The notes: generated by a model not told the origin, from the letters alone. Counted from the stretch's first letter, positions 37,993-48,377 are shown. The stretch is 64,000 bases of DNA from Methylococcaceae bacterium (GCA_006844585.1 SPJM01000340.1:4044-68043), one strand, 5' to 3'. Program-made: numbers and translations.

Positions 37993-40059
37993 TTACTGAT
38001 TGGATAAACGAACCAGACCGGGTATATCCAAAATCAATGCAACCGACCCGTCTCCTAATATGGTCGCCCCTGACACTCCCTCTACTTTACGATAATTGGC
38101 TTCCAACGACTTAATCACGACTTGTTGCTGACCCAGCAAATCATCGACAAAAAGCCCGCAACGCACCCCTTGGCCTTCAACTACTACGACTAAGCCATCC
38201 ATTAAATTGGTTCTTTGCGCCGACTCCACCTGAAAAATTTCATGCATCCGAACAATGGGTAAATATTCATCCCGTAGCAGAAAAGTTTCACCTTTACCCG
38301 CTACTTTATTAACTTGGTCATCAGTGATATTTAAGGATTCAATGATCGAACCTAAGGGTACGATAAAACGTTCATCACCCACAGCAATTGACTGCCCATC
38401 CAAAATTGCCAGGGTCAATGGTAAATGGATTGAAATCGTAGACCCTTTCCCCAGCTCGGAAATGATTTCAATATTACCGCCCAAAGTTTGAATATTTCTT
38501 CTGACCACATCCATGCCGACGCCTCGACCGGAAACATCGGTTAATTGTTCGGCCGTCGAAAAACCTGGCATAAAGATCAATTCATAAGTTTGTTTATCGG
38601 TTAAGATAGCGTCTTCTTCAATCAAACCTTTCTCAATAGCCTTAGCGCGTAACTTCTCTTTATCCAGGCCTTTGCCATCATCCACCACTTCGATAACGAT
38701 ATTGCCACCACGATGATAAGCCTCCAAAATCACCGTGCCGTTTTCAGGCTTACCCGCCGCCAAACGCTCAGCTGGCATTTCGATGCCATGATCCAAACTA
38801 TTTCTAACCAAATGCACCAACGGATCGCTGAGCAATTCAACCACGGTCTTATCGACCTCGGTCTGCTCTCCAACTAATTTCAAATCAATTTTTTTACCTA
38901 ATTTGGTGCTTAAATCGTGCACCAAACGGGGAAAACGACTGAACACGAAACTGATCGGCAGCATCCTAATGTTCATTACGCTTTCTTGCAATTCCCGAGT
39001 GTGTCGTTCTAATTGGGATAAACCGTTCTTCAATTGATCCAGCTTATTGATTTCAAAATGCTCGCCGACCAAACTCAACATAGATTGAGTAATCACCAAC
39101 TCGCCAACCATATTAATTAAGGTATCGATTTTGGAAGTATCGACTCGAATAGAGCCGGAACTTTTGTTATCTTTGCTTTTACTATCGGATTTAACGGTCG
39201 GCTTTGTCGTCTTGTTAACATCCGTCGGCGCATCAGCTTTAGCCGCGACCGGCGTCGGCTGTTGTTTAACAGCTTCCACTACCGGCTCTACATCAATGGC
39301 TTGCGCTTCAATATAATCCCCGTTCTCATCCCTTAACGGACTAATCGCCATATCACATTCATCTTCAACCCAATCGAAAATGTCGTTAATCTCGGATTCC
39401 TGCACATCGCCTTTCAGTATTAACTTCCATGATAAATGGCAATCTTCCGGCTCTATCTCATTTAAGGATGGCATTCCCCTGAAATCGACAGTAACCTCTA
39501 AATCGCCCAATTCGGATAATTCACGAAAAATGCGCACCGGATCATTGCCCGTCCTTAACATCCCCAAATGCGGGCTGAAAGCAATCTCCCAACCTGGAGA
39601 CGCGCCTGGATCGACACTTTCTTCAACAACCTCAGCAGCAACTTCAACCGGCTGAGCCAACGCCCCGCCGCCTTGAGCCAATTCTTTTTCCAGCGCCTGC
39701 TGATGCTCGCTAACTGTTTCTACGTCTATATCAGAATCATCTTGAATAGCGGTCAACATTTCCCTTAAGCAATCCACCGATCCCAACAATACATTCACAG
39801 CCGCCTGAGTGACTTGGCGACGTCCATCACGCATTTCATCCAATAAGGTTTCCATGACATGGGTAAAATCAGAAACTGCGGTAAAGCCGAAGGTACCGCT
39901 TCCACCTTTAATGGAATGAGCGGCGCGAAAGATGGTATTAATCACCTCATCATCGACATCACCCATATCCAAGTTGAGCAATCCTGATTCCATGGCGTCT
40001 AATCCTTCGAAACTTTCCTCGAAGAAAACCTGATGAAACTGAGCCATATCTATTGACAT
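37993..40059 (-). CDS. cheA: Chemotaxis histidine kinase CheA
   Basis: Hpt FRAAHSIKGGSG, HLVRNSLDHGIE, DVSGRGVGMDVV, C-terminal CheW domain. Confidence 0.98.
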   Translation of the reverse strand: MSIDMAQFHQVFFEESFEGLDAMESGLLNLDMGDVDDEVINTIFRAAHSIKGGSGTFGFTAVSDFTHVMETLLDEMRDGRRQVTQAAVNVLLGSVDCLREMLTAIQDDSDIDVETVSEHQQALEKELAQGGGALAQPVEVAAEVVEESVDPGASPGWEIAFSPHLGMLRTGNDPVRIFRELSELGDLEVTVDFRGMPSLNEIEPEDCHLSWKLILKGDVQESEINDIFDWVEDECDMAISPLRDENGDYIEAQAIDVEPVVEAVKQQPTPVAAKADAPTDVNKTTKPTVKSDSKSKDNKSSGSIRVDTSKIDTLINMVGELVITQSMLSLVGEHFEINKLDQLKNGLSQLERHTRELQESVMNIRMLPISFVFSRFPRLVHDLSTKLGKKIDLKLVGEQTEVDKTVVELLSDPLVHLVRNSLDHGIEMPAERLAAGKPENGTVILEAYHRGGNIVIEVVDDGKGLDKEKLRAKAIEKGLIEEDAILTDKQTYELIFMPGFSTAEQLTDVSGRGVGMDVVRRNIQTLGGNIEIISELGKGSTISIHLPLTLAILDGQSIAVGDERFIVPLGSIIESLNITDDQVNKVAGKGETFLLRDEYLPIVRMHEIFQVESAQRTNLMDGLVVVVEGQGVRCGLFVDDLLGQQQVVIKSLEANYRKVEGVSGATILGDGSVALILDIPGLVRLSNQ

Positions 40060-40102
40060 AGAATCACCTGCATGATTTGAAGTTCATAGGGATCACTGGC
40101 CG

Positions 40103-40465
40103 CTAGCCCAGCACTTTTTTGATCGTTTTTAACAACTGATCGGGATTAAAAGGCTTAACAATCCAACCGGTTGCCCCGGCAGCCTTACCCTCTTGCTTTT
40201 TATCCATACCGGATTCAGTCGTTAACATCAACATCGGCGTGAACTTATACTCCGGTAATTGACGTAACTCTTTAATTAATGAAATACCGTCTTTATTCGG
40301 CATGTTGACATCGGTCACCACACAGTCAAACTTTTGTCCTTTTGCTTTATTTAAAGCATCAACACCATCAACAGCCTCTACCACGGAATACCCTTCACCT
40401 TTTAATGTGAAAGAAACCATTTGCCTCATAGAAGCAGAATCATCAACCGCAAGAATACTCGCCAC
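40103..40465 (-). CDS. cheY: CheY response regulator
   Basis: ILAVDDSASMRQ...TDVNMP...LTTES...WIVKPF; GTG start with GGAG RBS. Confidence 0.95.
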   Translation of the reverse strand: MASILAVDDSASMRQMVSFTLKGEGYSVVEAVDGVDALNKAKGQKFDCVVTDVNMPNKDGISLIKELRQLPEYKFTPMLMLTTESGMDKKQEGKAAGATGWIVKPFNPDQLLKTIKKVLG

Positions 40466-40833
40466 AACTATCTCCTATTATTTAGTTAATGAATAATCTC
40501 TCGAACAATGTGTTCTTTAAGTTGATTACAAGTGTAGTTGATTAATTTTTTTTAACAGGACAAATCGTTATTTTTTTGACGCTGTGCAAAATTTTTGTTG
40601 AAAAAATCAGCAATAGGGTATTTTTTTGTCGCTGGATAAATGTATGTAAAAACCATTTCCATCTAAACCAGACAGAAATACTTTTATTATCATTGCTTTA
40701 GAAATGCCGACTTCCGATACGGAAATGGATAAGAATAGAAAAAATGGGCGTCTGCTCGCCCGCTGCTGAATGACAGGATGTTAAATTTATTGATAAATTG
40801 AGCGTTCTAACTTTTTTGTAAAGAATAATACCC

Positions 40834-41241
40834 CTATTTGCTTAACTTAATAATACTGCTTGTAGCAGTCGTCGACTCCTTCAGTCGCCATAAGCAAATC
40901 AACAACACCACGCCCAAAATTAACAACCCGATCTGTAAGTGCAAACGCCCGGCCAACATGAGGATGGACAAGCTGAAAGTCAACCCGATTAATAACATCG
41001 CCTTTTTTTTGGCGCTGCGGTTAATTGAACGCGAAGTTTCCCATTCTGATAAAGTCGGCCCGAAAAAACGATTATTCAGCAACATTTGATGAAAACGCGG
41101 GGAACTATTAGAAAAACAGGCGAGCGCCAAAATCAGAAAAGGCGTGGTCGGCAATAAAGGCAATACCGCCCCTATCGCCCCCAATACGACAAAAAAAACC
41201 CCAAACCCTAACAGCAGATAACGCTTAATTTTTTGTCTCAT
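40834..41241 (-). CDS. ybaN: YbaN/DUF454 family membrane protein
   Basis: LPLLPTTPFLILALACFSNSSPRFHQMLL; likely start 41241. Confidence 0.9.
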   Translation of the reverse strand: MRQKIKRYLLLGFGVFFVVLGAIGAVLPLLPTTPFLILALACFSNSSPRFHQMLLNNRFFGPTLSEWETSRSINRSAKKKAMLLIGLTFSLSILMLAGRLHLQIGLLILGVVLLICLWRLKESTTATSSIIKLSK

Positions 41242-41242
41242 T

Positions 41243-41611
41243 TCACTCTTCTGCACAATCCGCGCAAACCCCATGTAATTCCAGCTGTTGCTTAGCCAAC
41301 GAAAAACCGGTTTTTTCAATACTGGATTTTAGTTCAGAAACCAGTTTATTGGAAATACCCACTTCTTTCACCCGATGACAGCGGACGCAAATCAAAAATT
41401 CGGGCGCTTGATGATCATGTTCGCACAGCAAATGCGAACAACAAAGATATTGATTTATAGTCGTCAATTTATGCACTAACCCGGCTTCCACCAACATATC
41501 CAGAATCCGATACGCCGTCATTGAAGACAAAGCATCATCATTCTGAACTTGGTATTGATCGATAAGTTCATAAGCGGACATCGGCTAAGCCGATTGCAAT
41601 AACAATTTAAA
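41243..41611 (-). pseudogene. zur: Zur (Fur-family zinc regulator) remnant: N-terminus deleted and in-frame TAG
   Basis: Frame reads FKLLLQSA*PMSAYELID...TAYRILDML...CSHLLCEHDH...FLICVRC...ELHGVCADC; TAG at 41585-41587; the usual RLTxxR first helix is absent. Confidence 0.78.
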
Positions 41612-41935
41612 CCTGTCCCGGAATCTGCAAATCGACGCTATCGCGATAAAAACCATCTAAATGCCAAGCCAACATTCCCTTAGAACCTTCCAGCTTGAAC
41701 GCCGAAGACTTTCCTTCATTAACAGTCTGGTAACGTTGTTCAAACGCACCGCTGATCAAACCATCAACCGGTTGTTCCGGTATCCTGTTATCAATCACAT
41801 TCACCACCCCGCACCAAATGATTGGGTATGTATGCCGGGTTCATTTTTCAAGGTTTCGCCTAAAGTCGCCGGCCTTACGCCTCAACGCGTCGCCTTGTAA
41901 CACGGAAACCGGCAACGCGGTATTTGTCGCCGATA
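41607..41935 (-). pseudogene. Fragmented TonB-dependent receptor (ZnuD-like plug region)
   Basis: Three pieces in shifting frames: TALPVSVLQGDALRRKA / ATLGETLKNEPGIHTQSFGAG / GVVNVIDNRIPEQ...AWHLDGFYRDSVDLQIPG. Confidence 0.75.
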
Positions 41936-41967
41936 GTCTTTGAGAAAAGGAAGCATCTACCTGAGTT

Positions 41968-41982
41968 TGATAATTATTTCCA
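41968..41982. promoter_or_regulatory. Fur-box-like 7-1-7 operator upstream of the receptor remnant
   Basis: TGATAAT-T-ATTTCCA, 12/14 match to TGATAATnATTATCA. Confidence 0.5.
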
Positions 41983-41995
41983 TTCGGATATGCGT

Positions 41996-43267
41996 TCATG
42001 AAGAACCTAGCGTTGAAGATAATAATTTTTCCAGAACGTGTTGGGTAGCGCCTTGATTACGTTTTAGAAATTCGCCGCCATTTGCCTTCAACTGTTTTCG
42101 ATAAAGCGCATCCTGATACAAATGATGGACTGTATTGAACAATTCCGCTTCGTCCCGACATTGAACGCTGGCTTGATCTGCTAACACGTTTTCGGCGATC
42201 TCCTTAAAATTCACCATATGCGGCCCGAACATCACGGGAACATTCATTAACAACGGCTCTAAAATATTATGCCCGCCGATCGGCGTCATGCTGCCGCCGA
42301 CAAAAGCAATATCGGCTGCCGCATAAAGCATTTTCAATTCGCCCATGGTATCGGCAAGATAAACATCCGTTTGATTGTTACACAATTCATCGCTGCTTCT
42401 CATCACTACTTTTAAATCCACAGTTTCCGCCAAGTTTTTAACCTCGGTGAATCGTTCCGGGTGACGCGGAACCACCAACAGCAAAAGTTCCGGAATATTT
42501 TTTTTGAGCTGCGGGTACAAGCGAAAAAAGATTTCTTCCTCGCCTTTATGGGTGCTGGCGATAATCCAAACGAAACGGCCCGGAAAGAGTTTTCTTTTCA
42601 ACAACAAGCCTTGATCAATCAAAGCCTGCTCGACAGATACATCAAACTTGATATTCCCCGCCACTGTAGTTTGCTCAGGCGTCGCGCCGATTTCGATAAA
42701 TCGCTGATAATCTTCCCGGGTCTGCGTCATTATTTCAGTTACTTGCGCTAACGCCGGTTTGACCAACGGGGCGATTTTTTGATACGAACTCGCCGAATTC
42801 GCCGACAAACGCGCATTAATGATGAATAAAGGCAAATTGCGCTGACCGCATTGATGAAATAAATTCGGCCAGATTTCCTTTTCCATAATAACCGCCATAC
42901 GCGGTTTAAAACGATTTAAAAACCGCCGAACAATAATGGGCAAATCATAAGGCAAATAAACATGAGAAACCGAATCGCCCAAAACCGCTTTAACCCTCGC
43001 CGAACCGGTGGGCGTAGTCGTGGTGATCAGAATAGACCAACCCGGCTGTTGACTTTGTAGCAACTTGACTAACGGAAAAACCGCCTCCGCCTCGCCGACG
43101 GAAACCGCATGAAACCAAATAACGTCTTCAGGATAATCCTCTAAATATACCGCCAAACGCTCCAGCCAGCGCTTTCGATATGGCGGCGCTTTAAAGCCTC
43201 GCCAATATAGACGCAGCAACACCAACGGCAATATTAATGCAAATAGAAATGTATAGAAGACGCGCAT
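41996..43267 (-). CDS. waaA: Kdo transferase
   Basis: IWFHAVSVGE, VYLPYD, PRHPERF, GGHNILEP. Confidence 0.96.
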   Translation of the reverse strand: MRVFYTFLFALILPLVLLRLYWRGFKAPPYRKRWLERLAVYLEDYPEDVIWFHAVSVGEAEAVFPLVKLLQSQQPGWSILITTTTPTGSARVKAVLGDSVSHVYLPYDLPIIVRRFLNRFKPRMAVIMEKEIWPNLFHQCGQRNLPLFIINARLSANSASSYQKIAPLVKPALAQVTEIMTQTREDYQRFIEIGATPEQTTVAGNIKFDVSVEQALIDQGLLLKRKLFPGRFVWIIASTHKGEEEIFFRLYPQLKKNIPELLLLVVPRHPERFTEVKNLAETVDLKVVMRSSDELCNNQTDVYLADTMGELKMLYAAADIAFVGGSMTPIGGHNILEPLLMNVPVMFGPHMVNFKEIAENVLADQASVQCRDEAELFNTVHHLYQDALYRKQLKANGGEFLKRNQGATQHVLEKLLSSTLGSS

Positions 43268-43313
43268 AAAAACCCCGCTATTAACTTGGGGGCTTATTCT
43301 AACGCAATCAGCC

Positions 43314-44255
43314 TTAGTTCAACCACTGCATATACAAAGCCACGCCTTCTTCCACGGTTTTAAAAACGTGTTGACAGCCGACCTCGCGCAACTTAGTTAA
43401 ATTGGCTTGCGTATAACTTTGGTAGCAGCCTTTTAAATGCTCCGGGAAAGGAATATATTGAATTTTGCCGCGTTGATGATAAGCCAAAACCGCATTAGCG
43501 ACATCATTAAAAGTTTGCGAGCGACCGGTTCCGACATTGAAAACGCCTGAAACTGTTGGATTATCCAAAAACCAAAGATTAATATCCACCACATCGCCGA
43601 CATAAACAAAATCGCGCAGCTGCTCACCGTCGGCATAACCGTCACAGCCTTCAAACAAGCGAATGGCATCGGCATCTTTTAATTGATTATTAAAGTGATA
43701 AGCCACGCTGGCCATACTGCCTTTATGCGCTTCGCGGGGACCATAGACATTAAAATAGCGCAAACCAACTACTTGCGCGGTCAACTCATTTTCTATACGA
43801 CGCAGATATTGATCAAACTGAAACTTTGAATAGCCGTAAACATTCAATGGCCGTTCATATTCCAGTTGCTCGGTAAAATGCTCATCATCGCCATAAACAG
43901 CAGCACTGGACGCATAAATAAATGGAATTTTATGCGACTGGCAATAATGCAGTAAAGTTTTACTATATTCGTAGTTGTTTTCCATCATATAGCGACCATC
44001 CCACTCTGTGGTCGTGGAACAAGCGCCTTGATGAAAAATCGCGGTAATCTTTTCGGCTTGAAAAAAGCCCTGCTGCAACTTCTGCAAAAACAGGTCTCTT
44101 TCCATATAGTCGGCAATCCGGCAATCCACCAAATTCTTAAATTTGACGCCGTTGCTAAGATGGTCAACCACTAAAATATCATCGTAACCGCGCTGATTCA
44201 GCCCGACTACCAAGTTACTACCGATAAATCCGGCGCCGCCGGTTACGATGATCAT
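43314..44255 (-). CDS. rfaD: ADP-L-glycero-D-manno-heptose 6-epimerase
   Basis: [50 protein letters not shown]; start 44255. Confidence 0.96.
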   Translation of the reverse strand: MIIVTGGAGFIGSNLVVGLNQRGYDDILVVDHLSNGVKFKNLVDCRIADYMERDLFLQKLQQGFFQAEKITAIFHQGACSTTTEWDGRYMMENNYEYSKTLLHYCQSHKIPFIYASSAAVYGDDEHFTEQLEYERPLNVYGYSKFQFDQYLRRIENELTAQVVGLRYFNVYGPREAHKGSMASVAYHFNNQLKDADAIRLFEGCDGYADGEQLRDFVYVGDVVDINLWFLDNPTVSGVFNVGTGRSQTFNDVANAVLAYHQRGKIQYIPFPEHLKGCYQSYTQANLTKLREVGCQHVFKTVEEGVALYMQWLN

Positions 44256-44262
44256 TGCCGTC

Positions 44263-44709
44263 TTATTCCGCTTCAACCTTTACAGGTACGGTAACGACCA
44301 CATCGCTATGCAAGTTGATATCGATGTCATAATCGCCGATATGGCGAATAACGCCGTCAGGCAAGCGCACTTCATTCTTTTCAACTTGTGCGCCGGTGGC
44401 TGTAATCGCTTCAGCAATCGTTTGAGTGCCGACGGAACCGAATAATTTACCCTCTTCACCCGCTTTATGGGCAATGACGACTTCCAATTTAGCAATCGCT
44501 TCAGCGCGTTTTTCCGCAGCCGCCAATTTTTCAGCCGCTACTTTTTCCAATTCTGCGCGACGCGCTTCGAATTCCTTGATTTTTTCCGCCGTCGCCGCAA
44601 CCGCCTTGCCTTGCGGGACTAAATAATTTCTACCATATCCAGCTTTAATGGTGACTTTGTCACCCAAATTACCCAAATTGGCAATTTTCTCCAGAAGAAT
44701 AACTTCCAT
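44263..44709 (-). CDS. rplI: 50S ribosomal protein L9
   Basis: MEVILLE...[11 protein letters not shown]...GKLFGSV. Confidence 0.98.
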   Translation of the reverse strand: MEVILLEKIANLGNLGDKVTIKAGYGRNYLVPQGKAVAATAEKIKEFEARRAELEKVAAEKLAAAEKRAEAIAKLEVVIAHKAGEEGKLFGSVGTQTIAEAITATGAQVEKNEVRLPDGVIRHIGDYDIDINLHSDVVVTVPVKVEAE

Positions 44710-44764
44710 CGTTTTTACCTCGTTAATCGACTTTCATCGAACTCTTGGACATAACCATGTCCGC

Positions 44765-45664
44765 TTAATTTGAAACAGTTTTTCGTAAATTCAACCAATT
44801 ATCCAGCAAACCGTAAAGCGCCACCCCTATCGCCACATGCGGAATCATCAGCACTGTAATATAGAGAAAAGGCACCATAAAATTCGCTCTTTTCATTTTA
44901 CTGAATGAAGCATGTAATGCAGCCGCGCCGATAATCAGGAAAAAAATAAACAGCAGCACTAAGAGATTTTGACTGACTTCTGCGATAACGCCATTAAGAA
45001 AAAAGGCCGCCAACATCAGAACCATAGCCAAAACAGCAATTTGCGGATGTGCTCTCAAACTCAGAAACTCTGAGCGAAAACCACCGGGGTTAAATAAAAC
45101 CGCCTGCCACCAACGACCTAGAAACAAGCCGAACAACAGACCCGCCACCGAACCCGCAGCAATTCCACCGGTCATCAAACGCGACAACCATTCAACTCTC
45201 TGTTTTATTTCTTCTACCGGCGCATCCATGGCATTATCCAACACTGGCTGCACCATTTGCCCCATCAGGCGACTCCATAGCCCATAAGGATCCGGATGAT
45301 AAAGATAAAACCCGATCACCCCGAGCGCGCCTAATGCAACAGCGATTTCAACCGCTACCGAAAGGTGACGACCTTCCCGAAGCACAATAGAAATCAACCA
45401 AACCGGCAACCATAAAACCAAACCATAAAGTAAGGCAAATTGATAGCTGCCCAATAGCAAAACGCCTAATAATGCCGTTGCAATGCAGGAGATAGCCAGT
45501 ATATAGAGACCTTCTCCAGCGCCTCGTCTCAAAGTCACTAAAGCGACCGAGGCTGAACTTACGATACTCACCGGGGAAAAAAGCAATGACAACAATGCCA
45601 ACGACGAAGCCACAGTCATGGCTTGAAATCGTCCCTGCATAATATAATTGGCCAGAAATTTCAC
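44765..45664 (-). CDS. DUF2232/YybS-like membrane protein
   Basis: Multi-TM ORF between rpsR and rplI, LFLGRWWQAVLFNPGGFRSEF motif. Confidence 0.85.
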   Translation of the reverse strand: MKFLANYIMQGRFQAMTVASSLALLSLLFSPVSIVSSASVALVTLRRGAGEGLYILAISCIATALLGVLLLGSYQFALLYGLVLWLPVWLISIVLREGRHLSVAVEIAVALGALGVIGFYLYHPDPYGLWSRLMGQMVQPVLDNAMDAPVEEIKQRVEWLSRLMTGGIAAGSVAGLLFGLFLGRWWQAVLFNPGGFRSEFLSLRAHPQIAVLAMVLMLAAFFLNGVIAEVSQNLLVLLFIFFLIIGAAALHASFSKMKRANFMVPFLYITVLMIPHVAIGVALYGLLDNWLNLRKTVSN

Positions 45665-45686
45665 TTTTTTTCCCGAACTGGATTAT

Positions 45687-45920
45687 TTATTTATGCGCAT
45701 CACAATAAGGCAACAAAGCTAAATAACGCGCTCTTTTAATCGCTGCCGACAATTGTCTTTGATATTTTGCACTCGTGCCGGTAATGCGGCTCGGTACAAT
45801 TTTGCCTGTTTCAGTGATGTACTCACTTAATAAATCCAGGTTTTTATAATCGATTGCCACCGCATCTTCGCCGCTGAAACGGCAAGATTTTTTGCGTCTT
45901 GAACTCATGTTACGTGCCAT
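45687..45920 (-). CDS. rpsR: 30S ribosomal protein S18
   Basis: IDYKN...[34 protein letters not shown]. Confidence 0.98.
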   Translation of the reverse strand: MARNMSSRRKKSCRFSGEDAVAIDYKNLDLLSEYITETGKIVPSRITGTSAKYQRQLSAAIKRARYLALLPYCDAHK

Positions 45921-45927
45921 AATTATC

Positions 45928-46368
45928 TCACTCAGGTTTAGTTATTTTTTTTGCTTCGGTTGAAGCTTCCGCATCTTTTTTTGCGCCGTCAGCTTTATCG
46001 CCGCCACTAGAGCTATCGCTCTCCGGAGCTTTAGTCTCAACCGGTTTATTCTCGGCTGACAAAATAATGGACGGCTCAGTAACCGCTTCTTTTTGAAGCA
46101 AAGTCATGCTACGTAAAATAGCATCGTTAAAACGAAAACCGCTTTCCAACTCATCCAATGTCGCTTGATCACATTCGATATTCATTAACACATAGTGAGC
46201 TTTATGAATTTTTTTAATGGGGTAAGCCAACTGTCTGCGTCCCCAATCTTCAAGACGGTGTATTGCGCCGGAAGCTTCTCCGATCAATGTTTTATAACGC
46301 TCGATCATCGCCGGAACCTGGGCGCTTTGATCAGGATGTACTAAAAAGACAATTTCATAATGTCGCAT
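45928..46368 (-). CDS. rpsF: 30S ribosomal protein S6
   Basis: [15 protein letters not shown]...[12 protein letters not shown]; start 46368. Confidence 0.98.
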   Translation of the reverse strand: MRHYEIVFLVHPDQSAQVPAMIERYKTLIGEASGAIHRLEDWGRRQLAYPIKKIHKAHYVLMNIECDQATLDELESGFRFNDAILRSMTLLQKEAVTEPSIILSAENKPVETKAPESDSSSGGDKADGAKKDAEASTEAKKITKPE

Positions 46369-46480
46369 ACTTTCTCCTTTCGGGTTAACCTCTTGCCGTG
46401 TCTTAAGCGGCAATGAAGCAAGGTTTGGGCGAAACGCCCATAAAACCGCCCATTATAAAATTTATATTTAGAAAATACAA

Positions 46481-47077
46481 TTAAGAGTCTTCGCTGACAC
46501 AACAATTCTCCGTTTTATCCGGCTCATGTTCGCGACAAATCAACTCTACATCTTCACTCGACAAAGTCACTTGTACCAAATTACAAAAATAACTGCCGTC
46601 CTTTCTGCTTTCGTTATAACGGCAACTTTTGCAAATCCCAAAAGTTTTCATTTGATTAGCGGCCAACAAATTATTCAGCAGAGTTTTTAGCGCCGAAATC
46701 ATTTGCTTTTCATCTTTCTCCCCAATTAATTCACAAGCGCTGATAAATTTCGGCGTAGGAATACATAAATCAACGATATTTCGCCCTTGTTCGGTTAACT
46801 TTAAATGAGTCACCCGCTTATCACGCTGATCAACCCGCTTACCCACCAAGCCTTTTTTTTCTAGAACCTTTAAGGTCTGCGACACCGTTCCCCGGGTCTG
46901 GCCTAAATACTCAGTCACCGCCATCGGCGTATCCGAATATTGATTACACAGCGATAAATAATGCAACACTTCCAACTGCACCGGCTGCAACCCGGCCTCA
47001 GCCCCGGCCTGGCGAGCATCGACCCTGAGCACTTCCCCAATCCGCTCTACATAATCATAGATTTGATTATTTCTCAT
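46481..47077 (-). CDS. MarR-family regulator with a Cys-rich C-terminal extension
   Basis: wHTH YLGQTRGTVSQTLKVLEKKGLV...DKRVTHLKLT; tail CKSC...FCNL...ICREH; likely start 47077. Confidence 0.88.
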   Translation of the reverse strand: MRNNQIYDYVERIGEVLRVDARQAGAEAGLQPVQLEVLHYLSLCNQYSDTPMAVTEYLGQTRGTVSQTLKVLEKKGLVGKRVDQRDKRVTHLKLTEQGRNIVDLCIPTPKFISACELIGEKDEKQMISALKTLLNNLLAANQMKTFGICKSCRYNESRKDGSYFCNLVQVTLSSEDVELICREHEPDKTENCCVSEDS

Positions 47078-47105
47078 ATTCAAGTAGTATCGATTAAATA
47101 TTATA

Positions 47106-47134
47106 TTGACAAGACACCTCAAAAGCCGTATGGT
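47106..47134 (+). promoter_or_regulatory. Sigma70 promoter of the secreted-protein gene
   Basis: TTGACA-17 nt-TATGGT. Confidence 0.75.
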
Positions 47135-47139
47135 TCACT

Positions 47140-47156
47140 TGTATCGAGTCGATACA
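47140..47156. promoter_or_regulatory. Perfect palindromic operator, likely the MarR site
   Basis: TGTATCGA-G-TCGATACA just downstream of the -10; a related half-site GTATCGA lies near 47087. Confidence 0.75.
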
Positions 47157-47188
47157 TAACCTATTTCTTTCATTCCGGGAGGCGCAAA

Positions 47189-47935
47189 ATGTTCAAATTG
47201 ACTATTTTATCAGCCGTCGGCTTACTTTGCCTTTCTTTACAAACAAACGCAGATCAACATCACGACAACGGCATTCAATCAAACACAAACCCAAATATCA
47301 CGCCTGGCTTTGATATCGTACATGCAAAAATTTCTCTGCAAGGGAATGTCGCCACTTTTCATATGGCGGTATCCGGCGCTGCCGGCAAAAACAAACCCGG
47401 CGCCACAGGAAAACTCGCCGACAGCCATGTTTTCTCCTATGTCTGGCCGACATCCATAGATAGCTCGGAAGTCGGCTTTGAAAAAAACCAAGGGATACTC
47501 GCTTTAGCCGTCACCGCACATCCAGACTTTGATGATACGCCGTTGTTTGACGAAAACGGCGACGGTAATCTAAACAATGATGGCGATACCTGGCACAGCC
47601 ATTGGGTTGTTTTAAAAAACAACGAACGATGCGGAAAGGGCGCTCTAGCGGTTGTCGATATTCCGAAAGGAAGCAACCCCAAATTACCCAAAACCTGGCC
47701 GGGACTCCCCATCCTGCTGGACAGCCCCGGATGGAACCCTATTTTGCAGCAGGAAACAATTGAAGTCCGCGTCCCTTTTGACAACATATCCGCTGTAACC
47801 CAACAACAACATGACGCCGTCACCGCCGGATTACGCGTCAATGAAAGCGTTCATGCGCCATTGCTTTGCGTGGTGAATGTCATGGATGTTGCTTCAGGCG
47901 ACTTGAGCTTGCCGGGGAAAATCCAGGCTGATTAA
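47189..47935 (+). CDS. Secreted hypothetical protein with His/Asp-rich motifs
   Basis: GGAGG RBS, signal peptide MFKLTILSAVGLLCLSLQTNA; motifs AHPDFDDTPLFDENGDG, WHSHWVVL. Confidence 0.8.
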   Translation: MFKLTILSAVGLLCLSLQTNADQHHDNGIQSNTNPNITPGFDIVHAKISLQGNVATFHMAVSGAAGKNKPGATGKLADSHVFSYVWPTSIDSSEVGFEKNQGILALAVTAHPDFDDTPLFDENGDGNLNNDGDTWHSHWVVLKNNERCGKGALAVVDIPKGSNPKLPKTWPGLPILLDSPGWNPILQQETIEVRVPFDNISAVTQQQHDAVTAGLRVNESVHAPLLCVVNVMDVASGDLSLPGKIQAD

Positions 47936-47958
47936 GCCTCTTTTATCCATTTCACAAA

Positions 47959-47982
47959 GTAGGCGGCCTAACAACCGCCTAC
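47959..47982 (+). terminator. Hairpin after the secreted-protein gene
   Basis: gtaggcgg-cctaacaa-ccgcctac; no clear U tract. Confidence 0.45.
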
Positions 47983-48029
47983 AAATTCTCCTCATAAAAA
48001 ACCCAGCCATACTGCCAAATCGCAAAAAA

Positions 48030-48047
48030 TGTCATGTCAACATGACA
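48030..48047. promoter_or_regulatory. Inverted repeat, candidate enhancer-binding-protein site
   Basis: TGTCATG-TCAA-CATGACA about 200 nt upstream of a sigma54 motif. Confidence 0.45.
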
Positions 48048-48245
48048 CCTTTGTCAGCATTTTCCAATATCTGCCTACTGTTTCACAAAAAATACGTGCA
48101 TCCTCGGCAACAAAAATAAAGCTAAAAAAAACTGAACTTTAAGCGCAAGCTTTGCCAAATGTCGCCCGCGCCCCAACCAAAAGCTTACCTCTGAAGTCTA
48201 GGGCAAAAAAACACATTAAATATAAAAATCAATAGATTATAGAGG

Positions 48246-48261
48246 TGGCATCATTATTGCT
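48246..48261 (+). promoter_or_regulatory. Sigma54 (-24/-12) promoter
   Basis: TGGCATCATTATTGCT with the exact GG-N10-GC spacing. Confidence 0.7.
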
Positions 48262-48377
48262 CTAACACTTAAGAAAGTCTGAAAACAGACAATCACTAAA
48301 TGAATATATCTAACATTCGCAATATCCCTTAAAATAAGCTTAAGCTTGTAAAACCTAAAAAATTTTGGAGTAAAAAA

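Noticed and set aside
41661-41900. ORF ending AGLTPQRVAL, resembling the missing Fur/Zur first helix (possible inversion)
   Set aside because: It reads on the plus strand although the track labels it minus. The rest is not Zur-like, and the opposite strand is explained by receptor fragments, so the match is coincidental.
41607-41999. A 131-codon minus-strand frame with one in-frame TGA at 41841-41843, suggesting a selenoprotein
   Set aside because: No CxxU-type context or convincing SECIS. The TGA arises because the TonB-receptor remnant shifts frame near 41870; the homologous sequence continues in another frame.
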